Shown: positions 41,096 to 51,186 of the stretch, piece after piece
How the letters are laid out: each line of letters starts with the position of its first letter
Position numbering within the stretch: the first letter of the stretch is position 1
Assembly (NCBI GenBank): GCA_038883775.1
Contig: JAVZLM010000004.1
Span: 32,001 to 96,000 of the forward strand
Reading direction: 5' to 3'
From: Candidatus Bathyarchaeia archaeon
GTDB taxonomy: Archaea; Thermoproteota; Bathyarchaeia; Bathyarchaeales; Bathycorpusculaceae
DNA: 64,000 nucleotides
The notes under the pieces: model-generated
Seen by the model: the letters and a program-made list of their open reading frames with translations, nothing else
What the model was told of the DNA's origin: nothing
Databases searched by the model: none
Translations under genes and position numbers: made by a program

Positions 41096-42040
41096 TCACG
41101 GTTTATAATAATAAGGTCTTCGAATGTAACCATAAGCCTCTAACGCTGCAGTTATACCTTGTCCCACAGCTGTTCCCACCTGCTTAACCGGATGATTCGT
41201 AACATCGCCAGCAGCATAAACTCCCATAATGTTTGTTCTTTGGCGAATGTCAACCAAAATATAACCATCCTCATCAACAGCAACCCCCGCCTCTTTGGCT
41301 AGTTGACTGTTTGGGTCTTCTCCAACCTGAACAAAAACGCCGTCAACAAGCAACTCCTTAGTTTCGTTAGTCTTTTTGTTGAAAATTATAGCTTTGTTAA
41401 CTAATCTTTCGCCCTTAATTTCAGTAATTTCCGTGTTCCACAAAATTTCAACATTCTCCTTAGCCTTCAACGCCTTTACAAGCGCTTCTTCAGCTCTAAA
41501 TTCTTCCCTGCGATGAGCAATTTTAACTTCTGAGGATAAATCTGCCAAGTACAAGGCTGTTATGACAGCAGAGTTTCCGCCACCAATAACAAGCACACGT
41601 TTACCCTTAAACAATGGTCCATCACAAATGCCACAGTAACTAACGCCTCTACCACGAAATTCTTTTTCTCCTGGAACGCTAAGTTCACGATAATGTGAGC
41701 CAGAAGCTATTATAACGGCTTTTGCTTCATATGCAGTTTTACTTGTCTTTACAATTTTTTTATCGCCTTTAAGGTGCATTTCAACAACTTTTTCAAACTC
41801 ATGAATTGCGGCGCCAGCTTTTCTGCAGTGAGTTACCATTTTTTGGGCTAATTCCATCCCGTTTATGGTTTGAAAACCTGGATAATTCTCAATTAGAGGC
41901 GCATCAGCCATTGTTCCTCCTGCCAATTTTTCATCCAAAACAAGCGTTTTCAATCCACTTCTTGCACCATAAATTCCGGCGGCTAAACCAGCGGCGCCTC
42001 CGCCAATTATTATTAAGTCCCAATTTTCCATGTTCAACAA
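41096..42040 (-). CDS. trxB: Thioredoxin reductase
   Basis: GGGAAG, IENYPG, GRGVSYCGICDG, GGGNSA, AAGD. Confidence 0.92.
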   Translation of the reverse strand: MLNMENWDLIIIGGGAAGLAAGIYGARSGLKTLVLDEKLAGGTMADAPLIENYPGFQTINGMELAQKMVTHCRKAGAAIHEFEKVVEMHLKGDKKIVKTSKTAYEAKAVIIASGSHYRELSVPGEKEFRGRGVSYCGICDGPLFKGKRVLVIGGGNSAVITALYLADLSSEVKIAHRREEFRAEEALVKALKAKENVEILWNTEITEIKGERLVNKAIIFNKKTNETKELLVDGVFVQVGEDPNSQLAKEAGVAVDEDGYILVDIRQRTNIMGVYAAGDVTNHPVKQVGTAVGQGITAALEAYGYIRRPYYYKP

Positions 42041-42083
42041 CCCAGAGACAGAATAGTTTGGATTGCGTTTAAATGGGTTATGC

Positions 42084-42227
42084 CTAATATTCTTCGTCTT
42101 CGTAATCCATGTCCGCTATTTCTATTTCATAACATTCTTGGCATAAGCCATCAAAGTTTTCGTATTCTTCTTTTGTGATTTTTCTGCCACACATTATACA
42201 CTCGTAAACTTCTTCTTTCTCATTCAT
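42084..42227 (-). CDS. 47-aa acidic zinc-finger microprotein, missing from ORF track
   Basis: MNEKEEVYECIMCGRKITKEEYENFDGLCQECYEIEIADMDYEDEEY. Confidence 0.8.
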   Translation of the reverse strand: MNEKEEVYECIMCGRKITKEEYENFDGLCQECYEIEIADMDYEDEEY

Positions 42228-42228
42228 T

Positions 42229-42393
42229 CTACATAACATCTCCAAACATCATGAGCGATTCTTCAGTCATCTGGTCATCCCAGCATTCCCAGCACATTTC
42301 ATCATACGCCTCATACTCTTCTCGGCTAATTTCTCGACCACAAACAGAACAATAATACCTTTCTTCATCTTCCCTCTTTTTCCGTTTTTTCAA
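42229..42393 (-). CDS. 54-aa acidic zinc-finger microprotein (paralog), missing from ORF track
   Basis: TTG start behind GGTGA: MKKRKKREDEERYYCSVCGREISREEYEAYDEMCWECWDDQMTEESLMMFGDVM. Confidence 0.8.
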   Translation of the reverse strand: MKKRKKREDEERYYCSVCGREISREEYEAYDEMCWECWDDQMTEESLMMFGDVM

Positions 42394-42497
42394 TTAAAAT
42401 CACCAAATGAGCATCCGATTACTTAAATGAAAAGATAAACCCTAAAAACATTATGAATTAGAAGCAAGTGTTAACACTTCTGCTATGTCACTTTTGG

Positions 42498-43301
42498 TTA
42501 TTTTGGTTTTACGCCGTAAACTGTTATGCTTGCAATCGAACTGGTAAATTTTTTCGCTTCTTCCATGGAGATATTTAAATCTTTCACTATGTCTTCTGCA
42601 CATGAGTCATTAAACAAAAAATCCATAGGAAAGCGGTTTTCTTCAACCAGTTTAACATCGCTAAAGCCTGCATTTTTTATTAGTTCAAGATACTCTTCTT
42701 TCATCATCGCTCCGGAAACACAGCTAACATACGCTTTCTTGCTTGTCTTTATTGCTTTGGGCAGTTCTTTCAGTAAGACAATGTCAGAAATCATTAATCT
42801 ACCACCAGGTTTTAGCACTCTAAAGGCTTCTTCGAATACTCGCTTTTTGTTTGGTGAAAGGTTAATGACACAGTTTGAAATTACAATGTCAACACTGCTG
42901 TCTGCAACTGGAAGGTTTTCAATTTCTCCAAGTCGGAATTCCACATTTTTGTATTTGCCTTTTCTACAGTTTTCCCTAGCCTTATCAATCATTTCAGGCG
43001 TCATGTCAACACCAATAACGTGGCCTTTTTCTCCAACCTTCTTTGCAGCCAAAAAACAGTCAAGCCCGCCACCACAGCCAAGGTCGAGAACTGTTTCGCC
43101 CTCTTTAACTGATGCAAATGCTACTGGATTTCCGCATCCAAGACTGAAAGCGGCACTTTCAGGAATGGATTCTATTTCTTCTTTGCTGTAGCCAATTTTC
43201 TTGTTACATTCGCAACTACAACAGCAAGATTCCTTTTTGGCTGCTTTGGCGTAGCTTTCTCTTACTATTTTTCTAATTTCCTCTTCTTTCACGTCTTCCA
43301 C
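42498..43301 (-). CDS. arsM: Arsenite S-adenosylmethionine methyltransferase
   Basis: VRESY..CCC, LGCGNP, VLDLGCGGGLD, ISNCVINL, SCVSGA. Confidence 0.92.
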   Translation of the reverse strand: MEDVKEEEIRKIVRESYAKAAKKESCCCSCECNKKIGYSKEEIESIPESAAFSLGCGNPVAFASVKEGETVLDLGCGGGLDCFLAAKKVGEKGHVIGVDMTPEMIDKARENCRKGKYKNVEFRLGEIENLPVADSSVDIVISNCVINLSPNKKRVFEEAFRVLKPGGRLMISDIVLLKELPKAIKTSKKAYVSCVSGAMMKEEYLELIKNAGFSDVKLVEENRFPMDFLFNDSCAEDIVKDLNISMEEAKKFTSSIASITVYGVKPK

Positions 43302-43545
43302 CTTCTGTTTGAAAAATCTCTTTCAATACTGGTCCAAGCGTATCCTTTACTGTGTTTTCAAAATTTTGGGCTTTGACCATCATAATACAGCATAATTCAC
43401 CGTTACGTTCACATCCGATTACTACCAATTTATCGTTTGGTTTTAGCTTAGCTTTTTCTCTTAGGTCTTTTGGAAGAACAATTTGTCCCTTTGAATCGAC
43501 TGTGACTACAGCATCTACTTTGCAGCATCCAACATTATCAGTCAT
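43273..43545 (-). CDS. AbrB/MazE-type protein with vicinal Cys pairs (HgcC-like)
   Basis: CCKVDAVVTVDSKGQIVLPKDLREK AbrB motif; second CC pair in GELCCI. Confidence 0.8.
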   Translation of the reverse strand: MTDNVGCCKVDAVVTVDSKGQIVLPKDLREKAKLKPNDKLVVIGCERNGELCCIMMVKAQNFENTVKDTLGPVLKEIFQTEGGRRERRGN

Positions 43546-43646
43546 TTTTACTCGCTCATGAAAGACGTGATCGGAATATTTAGCTTTTTCGTAAAAATCA
43601 GAATATTCAGAAAATCCAACAATGTTCTAGAATAGCATAAATAATA

Positions 43647-44756
43647 TTAAATGGCTAAAGCGAGCAGTTCTGCAACATCCATTACTTGGATTTTGCCCTC
43701 ATTCCCAGTTGTCTTAACCGCATCTTCGATAGTTAACAAGCAGAAGGGGCATGCCACAGCCAAAATTTCTGCACCAGCAGCAACAGCATCCTTAACACGA
43801 ATTTCTGCTAAGCGCGGTCCTGGAATGTCAACCCACATTCTTCCGCCACCGCCTTCGCAGCATAAGCTTCTTGCCCTTGAACGATCAAACTCCAACAGTG
43901 TTACGCCTGGTATGCTTTGAATGACTTTTCTGGGTTCTTCGTAGATGTTGTTTTGTTTTCCAAGGAAGCATGGGTCATGATAAATAACTCTCTTTTTTAC
44001 TTCTTTCGAGAAAGTCAATTTTTGTTCATCAATTAGTTTTGCAAGCAATTGTGTGTGATGTTGAACTTCAAAGCTTGTTTGGTTGTAACGATTTTTGAAG
44101 GCATGAAAACCATGGGGACAATTTGTCACTGCTTGTTTTATGTTGTATTTGTTGAAGATTTTCATGTTCTCTTCGACGAGAAATTCGAATAAGCCCTTCT
44201 CGCCCATGCCGTAAACTTCGCTTCCACAACAGCTTTCTTCATCGCCTAAAACGCCAAAATTTAAACCAGCCTTTTGAAAACATGCGACAAGGGCTTTGGC
44301 TACGTTTTGAACTCTTGGGTCGTAGGCTGAAGTGCAACCCACATAATATAGGATTTCTGCGCCCTGAGAAACATGTTTAACGTTTAAGCCTTGAAGCCAC
44401 TCTGAACGTTTGCTGCGAATTCTAGCCCAGGGATTACCATTTTTGAATATGCTTTCAAGGGCATCACGGATGGTTGGGGCAATCTGTCCATCTTCAACCG
44501 CCATGCTGCGAATATCAATCAAAAATTCGTAGGGGTTAAGGTCTTTTGGACATCGAACGCCGCAGGTGGAGCATGTTGTGCAACTCCACAATTCATTCTG
44601 TGGATGTATTGCTAACTTGCCCAAGGCGGAAACTTCTCGCATATACCGCCTAATATTCAAATTAGCTTTCTTTGAAACTGGACAAGCGCCCGTGCACATT
44701 CCGCATTGGATGCATTCTAGAAGCTTATGTTTTTGAATGAGTTCTTGAACGTTCAT
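43647..44756 (-). CDS. HdrD-like Fe-S oxidoreductase (2x[4Fe-4S] plus CCG domains)
   Basis: CIQCGMCTGACP, WSCTTCSTC..RCP, ESCCG, YHDPCFLG, LCCEGGGG, ACPFC. Confidence 0.9.
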   Translation of the reverse strand: MNVQELIQKHKLLECIQCGMCTGACPVSKKANLNIRRYMREVSALGKLAIHPQNELWSCTTCSTCGVRCPKDLNPYEFLIDIRSMAVEDGQIAPTIRDALESIFKNGNPWARIRSKRSEWLQGLNVKHVSQGAEILYYVGCTSAYDPRVQNVAKALVACFQKAGLNFGVLGDEESCCGSEVYGMGEKGLFEFLVEENMKIFNKYNIKQAVTNCPHGFHAFKNRYNQTSFEVQHHTQLLAKLIDEQKLTFSKEVKKRVIYHDPCFLGKQNNIYEEPRKVIQSIPGVTLLEFDRSRARSLCCEGGGGRMWVDIPGPRLAEIRVKDAVAAGAEILAVACPFCLLTIEDAVKTTGNEGKIQVMDVAELLALAI

Positions 44757-44856
44757 TTTCTACATCACTTTTGTTGCCTTTAAGAGGTAAGATTTTTAAT
44801 AAGTCTTATCCTTTCTATCAATCCAAACGTATCATGAAAACTGGAGATAAGCGCCG

Positions 44857-47226
44857 ATGGAAAAGAAGATGCCAAGAATTGGAATTTTTGTCTGCGAATG
44901 CGGTGGAAACATAGGCGATGTTGTAGACGTTAAAGCTGTTGTTGACACAGTTAAAAACTGGGAAGGCGTGGTAACCGCAAAATACCACAAATATTTATGC
45001 AGCAAACCAGCCCAAGAAATGATACTCGAAGCCATAAAGAAAGAGAACCTTGACAGAGTGGTTGTCGCCAGCTGCACCCCAAGAATGCATTTGGCAACAT
45101 TCCAAAACGTTCTGGAAAGGGCTGGCTTAAACCCTTACATGCTCGAGTTTGTAAACATAAGAGAGCAAGACTCATGGGTTCATGGAACACATGGATTATC
45201 CGCGGAAGCAACAAAAAAGGCTATAAGCCTAATAAGAGGCGGATATGAGCGAAGTTTAGAGCTTGAACCCCTCCAGCCCATAAGCGAGAAAGGTTCACGG
45301 GAAATCCTCATTATAGGCGGAGGAATAGCCGGCATAACCGCTGCCCTCGAGCTTGGCTATTTAGGCTTTAAAGTGCACTTGGTGGAGAGAAAACCAAGCA
45401 TAGGCGGAAACATGGCAAAATTAACAAAAGTTTTTCCAACATTGGACTGCGCCCAATGCATACTCACGCCGAGAATGGCGGAGGTGGGAAGAAACCCCAA
45501 CGTGAACTTGCTGACTTATGCTGAAGTGCAAGAGGTCAGCGGAAGACCAGGCAATTATACAGTTAAAGTTTTCATGAAACCCCGTGGCGTAGACGTCGAA
45601 AAGTGTAGAAGTTGTGGCGTGTGCGCAAAAGTTTGCCCCGTGTCTGTTCCAGACGAATTCAATGAGGGCTTATCCCAACGAAAAGCAGCTTACATAGAGT
45701 TTCCACAAGCGGTTCCATCCGCTTATGCCATAGACTTTAATGCATGCACAAAATGCCGAAAGTGTGAACAGCTCTGTCCAGCCAAAGCTATAAACATAGA
45801 CGACCCGGGCAAAATTGTTGAGTTAAATGTTGGAGCAATAATTTTGGCTACTGGATACGAGCTTTATGATGCGCATAATTTGGAAATTTATGGGTATGGC
45901 AATTATAAAGACGTTATAACAATGATGGATTTAGAAAGGCTCACTTCCGCAACTGGACCAACAGGCGGCTATGTTAAGCGTGCCGACGGAAGTGACGTGC
46001 GTAAAATGGCTATTGTTTTGTGCGCTGGTTCCAGAGATAAGAATTACATTCCCTATTGCAGCCGAATCTGCTGCATGTACTCATTAAAACAAGCTTTCGT
46101 GCTTAAGAAAATGTTAGGAATAGACGTTACAGTCTACTATATCGATATAAGGGCTACGGGAAAAGGCTACGAGGATTTGTACTGGCGTGACCAAGAAGCC
46201 GGCGTCGTTTTTGTAAAGGGAAAAGTTGCTGAAATTTACAAGAACAATGAGAATGGTAAGCTTGTTGTTTTGGCTGAGGATACGTTAACTGGCGAGATGC
46301 GCGAAGATGAATATGATATGGTAGCCTTAGCCACACCCATGATTCCACCATCTGGATTGAAGGAGCTAGCTGAAAAACTAAAAGTTCCATTGGGCGAAGA
46401 CGGCTTCATTACAGAAAAGCATCCAAAACTTGACCCAGTGGATACGCTTGTTACTGGAATATTTGCAGGCGGCTGCGCCCTCAGCCCAAAAGACGTGCGT
46501 GACACTGTCTCTGATGGTTTAGGAGCTGCTGCTAAAGCATCATTATTCCTCAAAAGCGATTATGTAACCACAAGCCCAGAGAAAGCCTTTGTAATTGCCG
46601 ATTTGTGCAATGGCTGCAAAGCATGCGTGCCAATTTGCCCAGTAAACGCAATAACCATGCAAGAAGACAAAGCAAAAATTGACCCATTCCAATGCATTGG
46701 TTGCGGCGCATGCATCCCAGTCTGTCCACAAGAGGCTATAGACTTTAAGAATTCAACAAGTAGGCAGATTGTTGCCGAATTGCGGGGTGTTTTAGCTGAC
46801 AAGACAGCAGACGAGGTTAGAATTGTAGCCTTTGTGGATAAGAATGTGGGTTATACGGGCATGGACTTTTTAGGGCTTGACCGAGCAGTTTACCCAGAAA
46901 ACGTGAGAATCGTGGCTGTTCCATCCACAGCAATCTTAGGTCTAAAGCATTTACTAACAGCCTTTGCCTTCGGCGCCGACGGAGTCCTAGTCATCGAAGG
47001 AAGCGAAGAAATCGATGAAAAATTCACTAAAAAAAGAATGGTTGATATGACAAGAGAATTAGCCAAATATGGCGTTGAAAGTATGCGAGTACGTTACAGT
47101 TATGTGCCCTTACCAGTTTACAAGAAAGCCGCCGAACTTTTTAACATGTTCACAGACAGAATCAAAAAATTCGGTCCATTAACGGAAGAAGAACGTGACA
47201 CAATAAGACAGCAATTGAAAATCTGA
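44857..47226 (+). CDS. hdrA: HdrA with C-terminal Cys-less MvhD-like domain
   Basis: VCECGGNI, ASCTPR, GGGIAG, FPTLDCAQC, CAGSRD, CSRICCMY, ferredoxin motifs; C-terminal YPENVRI..GADGVL domain. Confidence 0.92.
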   Translation: MEKKMPRIGIFVCECGGNIGDVVDVKAVVDTVKNWEGVVTAKYHKYLCSKPAQEMILEAIKKENLDRVVVASCTPRMHLATFQNVLERAGLNPYMLEFVNIREQDSWVHGTHGLSAEATKKAISLIRGGYERSLELEPLQPISEKGSREILIIGGGIAGITAALELGYLGFKVHLVERKPSIGGNMAKLTKVFPTLDCAQCILTPRMAEVGRNPNVNLLTYAEVQEVSGRPGNYTVKVFMKPRGVDVEKCRSCGVCAKVCPVSVPDEFNEGLSQRKAAYIEFPQAVPSAYAIDFNACTKCRKCEQLCPAKAINIDDPGKIVELNVGAIILATGYELYDAHNLEIYGYGNYKDVITMMDLERLTSATGPTGGYVKRADGSDVRKMAIVLCAGSRDKNYIPYCSRICCMYSLKQAFVLKKMLGIDVTVYYIDIRATGKGYEDLYWRDQEAGVVFVKGKVAEIYKNNENGKLVVLAEDTLTGEMREDEYDMVALATPMIPPSGLKELAEKLKVPLGEDGFITEKHPKLDPVDTLVTGIFAGGCALSPKDVRDTVSDGLGAAAKASLFLKSDYVTTSPEKAFVIADLCNGCKACVPICPVNAITMQEDKAKIDPFQCIGCGACIPVCPQEAIDFKNSTSRQIVAELRGVLADKTADEVRIVAFVDKNVGYTGMDFLGLDRAVYPENVRIVAVPSTAILGLKHLLTAFAFGADGVLVIEGSEEIDEKFTKKRMVDMTRELAKYGVESMRVRYSYVPLPVYKKAAELFNMFTDRIKKFGPLTEEERDTIRQQLKI

Positions 47227-47310
47227 ATAGGCATGTTGAAATTGTAGTTTCAAGTCGCAAAGTTTAATTTTCATGTCGAACTCAACACTCACAAAAGAGG
47301 TTATCCTACC

Positions 47311-50106
47311 ATGGTTACTTTGTATTTGGATAAGATTTTTAATCCAAGAAGCGTCGCTATAATCGGCGCCAGCGACGAGGAAGGAAGCGTAGGCTATGCT
47401 TTAATGAAAAATTTTATTGATTTAGATTTTGATGGAAAAGTTTATCCTGTTAACATTCGCAAAAATGAAATTTTAGGTTTAAAAGCTTACCAATCTGTAG
47501 ACCAAATTCCAGAACCCATAGATCTTGCAGTCATCGCAACTCCAGCGAAAACTGTTCCTGAAATTGTTGAACAGTGTGGAAAGGCTGGAATAAAGGGTAT
47601 AATCATAATTAGCGCGGGCTTTAAGGAGGTTGGCGCTGAAGGCAAAGCCTTAGAGGAACAAATTCTTGAAATAAAAAACAAATATGGCTTACGCATTATT
47701 GGACCAAACTGTTTGGGCATAATCCGCCCAAGCATAAAACTAAACGCCACATTCATTAATAAAATGCCGAAATCGGGCAACATAGCCTTCATAAGCCAAT
47801 CTGGAGCCTTAGGCTCGGCAATTTTAGACTGGGCTATTCGGGAAAACATTGGCTTCAGCAACTTCGTATCTATAGGTTCAATGTTGGATGTGGATTTCGG
47901 CGATTTAATAGACTATTTCGGCACAGACCCCCAAACAAGAAGCATACTAATGTACATAGAAGGTTTAACAGACGCAAGAAAATTCCTGTCCGCCGCCCGC
48001 CACTTCGCAAGAACAAAACCAATAATTGTGGTAAAGGCTGGAAAATTCTCGGAAAGCGCAAAAGCTGCAGCCAGCCACACGGGTTCTCTTACGGGCGAAG
48101 ACGTGGTTTATGATGCTGCTTTTAAGCGTGCTGGAATCGTTCGAGTAGAAGAGATCGCCGACTTGTTCAATTGTGCTGAAGTTTTGGGCTTGCAGCCATT
48201 GCCGAAAGGTCCAAATCTTGTCATAATAACAAATGCTGGTGGACCAGGAGTTATGGCTACTGACGCGCTCATAGCTAGAGGCGGAAAACTGGCGAAGCTT
48301 AGCCAAAAAACAATGGAATACCTCAACAGCATTCTTCCTCACTATTGGAGTAGGGGAAACCCCGTTGACATTTTGGGAGATGCAAAAGCGGATCGTTACA
48401 AGGCGGTTTTGGAAGCTTGTCTTGATGATGAGAATGTGGATGGCGTATTAATTATTTATACTGCTCAGGCTGTGGCGGAACCTGTGGAAATTGCAAAAAG
48501 CATAGTTGAAGTATGCAAAAACAAGGGTTACCAAAACAAAACAGTTCTAACCTCTTTTATGGGTAGTGGGGTGGTGGAAGAGGCAAATAGAATTTTTAAT
48601 CAGAATAGCATTCCCACTTACGCTACTCCAGAACAAGCGGTTAAAACGTATCTTTACATGTACCAATACAAACGCAACCTTGAACTGCTTTATGAAACAC
48701 CTGAAGAGTTGCCGGTTGATGCTGCCCCACCCAAACGTCCCATAATGGTAATAATGAGAAATGCTGCCTTGGAAAATCGTGAACTTTTGAATGAAGCAGA
48801 AGCCAAAAAACTATTGGAATATTATGATTTTCCAGTTGTGAAAACTGCAGTGGCTAAAACACCTGATGAAACCGCAGCTGTAGCCATGCAAATCGGCTAT
48901 CCAGTGGTTCTTAAAATTTTGTCCCCTCAAATAGTTCATAAAACCGAGGCAGGCGGTGTAATTCTTGACATAAATTCTGAGGCTGAACTTAGAGAGGCTT
49001 TTGAATGTATCATGGAGAGAGCAAAAAAGTATAATCCAAATGCTGAGATTTTGGGCGTCACGGTTCAGAAAATGGTAAAGAGGCGGGGATACGAGATAAT
49101 AATTGGGGCAAAGACAGATCCGCTTTTTGGTCCAGTTATCCTATTTGGAATGGGCGGAATCGGCGTAGAACTCTTTAAAGATTTTTCAGTTGGGCTTCCA
49201 CCTTTGAACCAGACATTAGTTAGGAGGCTTATGGAAGAAACTAAGGTTTACCAGCTTTTGAAGGGTTATAGAAATGTGCCTCCAGCCAACCTTAAACTTC
49301 TTGAAGAGTTGATAGTTCGTTTCTCCCAACTCCTCATAGACTTTCCACAACTAAAAGAAGTCGACATTAACCCGCTGTTTATAGATGAAAACGACGCCGT
49401 AATCATAGACGCTAGAATAGTTATTGATAAAGAAAAAGTGTTCCAGAAACTTGAGCCTCACCAACATCTGGTAATAAGCCCCTATCCTAAGAAATATGAA
49501 ACTTTGTGGAGAATGCGAGATGGGCGCATGGTTCTGCTTAGGCCGATAAAGCCTGAAGACGAGCCTCTATGGTTGGAAATGTTTAGGAATTTCTCCGAGG
49601 AATCTATACGTTTTAGGTTCTTCCAGATAATTAAGGATACGCCTCATGAGGTGCGGGTGAGATATTGCAATATTGATTATGATAGAGAAATAGCAATAGT
49701 TGCAGAACTAACAGAAAATGGACAGAGAAAAATCCTCGGTGTGGTGAGAGTGAGCTTAGAACCTGACAGAAAAAGTGGTGAGATAGCCTTTATTGTGGCT
49801 GATCCATGGCAAGGTTTAGGCTTGGGAACAAAAATGGTGGATTATACAATTGAAATCTGCAAGGACATTGGAGTCGAAGCTCTCTACGCCATAATGCTTC
49901 CAGACAATTATAGAGCAATAAACCTTACAAAGAAAATGGGCTTTACGCTTAAGTATCAAGAGGATGGCACGGTTAAGGGAATTTTAAACTTGAAGGAAGA
50001 AGCAACACGAAGTCAAGAAGAGAAGCTTAAAGAAAAAGCGCAGGTTGTGGCAGCACCCTCTGAACAAAAAGAGCAAAGAAGAGAAGCAGAAACCGTTAGC
50101 AGTTAA
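47311..50106 (+). CDS. ADP-forming acyl-CoA synthetase alpha-beta fusion with C-terminal GNAT domain (Pat-like)
   Basis: IGPNCLG, SQSGA, ASHTGSL, TNAGGPG, HKTEAGGV, DPLFGP, DINPL; GNAT motif WQGLGLG. Confidence 0.92.
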   Translation: MVTLYLDKIFNPRSVAIIGASDEEGSVGYALMKNFIDLDFDGKVYPVNIRKNEILGLKAYQSVDQIPEPIDLAVIATPAKTVPEIVEQCGKAGIKGIIIISAGFKEVGAEGKALEEQILEIKNKYGLRIIGPNCLGIIRPSIKLNATFINKMPKSGNIAFISQSGALGSAILDWAIRENIGFSNFVSIGSMLDVDFGDLIDYFGTDPQTRSILMYIEGLTDARKFLSAARHFARTKPIIVVKAGKFSESAKAAASHTGSLTGEDVVYDAAFKRAGIVRVEEIADLFNCAEVLGLQPLPKGPNLVIITNAGGPGVMATDALIARGGKLAKLSQKTMEYLNSILPHYWSRGNPVDILGDAKADRYKAVLEACLDDENVDGVLIIYTAQAVAEPVEIAKSIVEVCKNKGYQNKTVLTSFMGSGVVEEANRIFNQNSIPTYATPEQAVKTYLYMYQYKRNLELLYETPEELPVDAAPPKRPIMVIMRNAALENRELLNEAEAKKLLEYYDFPVVKTAVAKTPDETAAVAMQIGYPVVLKILSPQIVHKTEAGGVILDINSEAELREAFECIMERAKKYNPNAEILGVTVQKMVKRRGYEIIIGAKTDPLFGPVILFGMGGIGVELFKDFSVGLPPLNQTLVRRLMEETKVYQLLKGYRNVPPANLKLLEELIVRFSQLLIDFPQLKEVDINPLFIDENDAVIIDARIVIDKEKVFQKLEPHQHLVISPYPKKYETLWRMRDGRMVLLRPIKPEDEPLWLEMFRNFSEESIRFRFFQIIKDTPHEVRVRYCNIDYDREIAIVAELTENGQRKILGVVRVSLEPDRKSGEIAFIVADPWQGLGLGTKMVDYTIEICKDIGVEALYAIMLPDNYRAINLTKKMGFTLKYQEDGTVKGILNLKEEATRSQEEKLKEKAQVVAAPSEQKEQRREAETVSS

Positions 50107-50247
50107 AACATTATACTACAATTTAAATTAAACATAACGCAAAGATTTTCATAGTCTTTTTTCTATTTACGAATGGCTAAATTTAAATTATAGAAATGCG
50201 ATTATCTTTCTCTTTCATTGGAAAGCTTCACTTAGTTTGGTGATGAG

Positions 50248-51186
50248 ATGGAGAAGTTAAAAGTAGCCTTTTACTGGGCTGCAAGCTGTGGGGGCTGCGA
50301 AATAGCTGTTTTAGATATAAACGAAAAAATTCTCGATGTAGTAGCAAAAGCAGACATTGTCTTCTGGCCGGTTGCCATAGACATAAAATACAAAGATGTT
50401 GAGGCTATGCCAGACAAAAGCATCGATGCATGCTTCTTTAATGGTGCAATACGTAACAGCGAACAGGAGCATTTGGCAAAACTGTTGAGGCAAAAATCAA
50501 AGATTCTCGTGGCTTTCGGCTCATGCGCTTGTGACGGGTGCGTTGTGGGATTAGGAAATCTTTGGGGCAAGAAAGCAATTTTTGAACGTGCATATTTTGA
50601 AACGCCTTCCACTAAAAATCCGCAATCCGCAACGCCTCAAACTCGCCTCAAAGTGAAAGAAGGTGAGCTTGAACTTCCAGAATTCTACGACACTGTAAAA
50701 ACCTTAGCTCAAACAGTTGAAGTGGACTATTTCATTTCAGGCTGTCCACCACCAGTTCCGCGAATAATTGAAGCTTTCGAAGCAATACTAAGTGGCAAGT
50801 TGCCTCCAAAGGGCTCAAGCTTCCTATTAAACAAGTCCATATGCGACGAATGCCCCAGAGAAAAGAAGGATAGAAAAGTTGCCCATGTAAAGAGAATCTA
50901 CGAAATAGAGGACGATTTTAAAACATGCTTCTTAGATCAAGGAGTCGTATGCATGGGTCCAGCAACCCGTGGCGGATGCGGCGCCCAATGTTTAAAGGCG
51001 AATATTCCATGCACTGGGTGTGGTGGTCCAGCCCCAAGAGTGGCGGACCAAGGCGCTGCGATGATAAGCGCATTTGCCTCCATTGCAACAGAACCCAAAG
51101 TTATAGAACAAGTTGTAGACCCTGTTGGAACTTTCTACAAGTATTCCCTTGCAAATTCCATTCTGCGAAGGAGAGTGATTAAATGA
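50248..51186 (+). CDS. mvhG: Group 3c [NiFe]-hydrogenase small subunit
   Basis: SCGGCE, FGSCA, GCPP, CDECP, CMGPATRGGC..C..PCTGC. Confidence 0.93.
   Translation: MEKLKVAFYWAASCGGCEIAVLDINEKILDVVAKADIVFWPVAIDIKYKDVEAMPDKSIDACFFNGAIRNSEQEHLAKLLRQKSKILVAFGSCACDGCVVGLGNLWGKKAIFERAYFETPSTKNPQSATPQTRLKVKEGELELPEFYDTVKTLAQTVEVDYFISGCPPPVPRIIEAFEAILSGKLPPKGSSFLLNKSICDECPREKKDRKVAHVKRIYEIEDDFKTCFLDQGVVCMGPATRGGCGAQCLKANIPCTGCGGPAPRVADQGAAMISAFASIATEPKVIEQVVDPVGTFYKYSLANSILRRRVIK

Noticed and set aside
42526-43191. 221-aa plus-strand ORF
   Set aside because: Antisense shadow of arsM; Ser/Phe-rich with no recognisable motifs.
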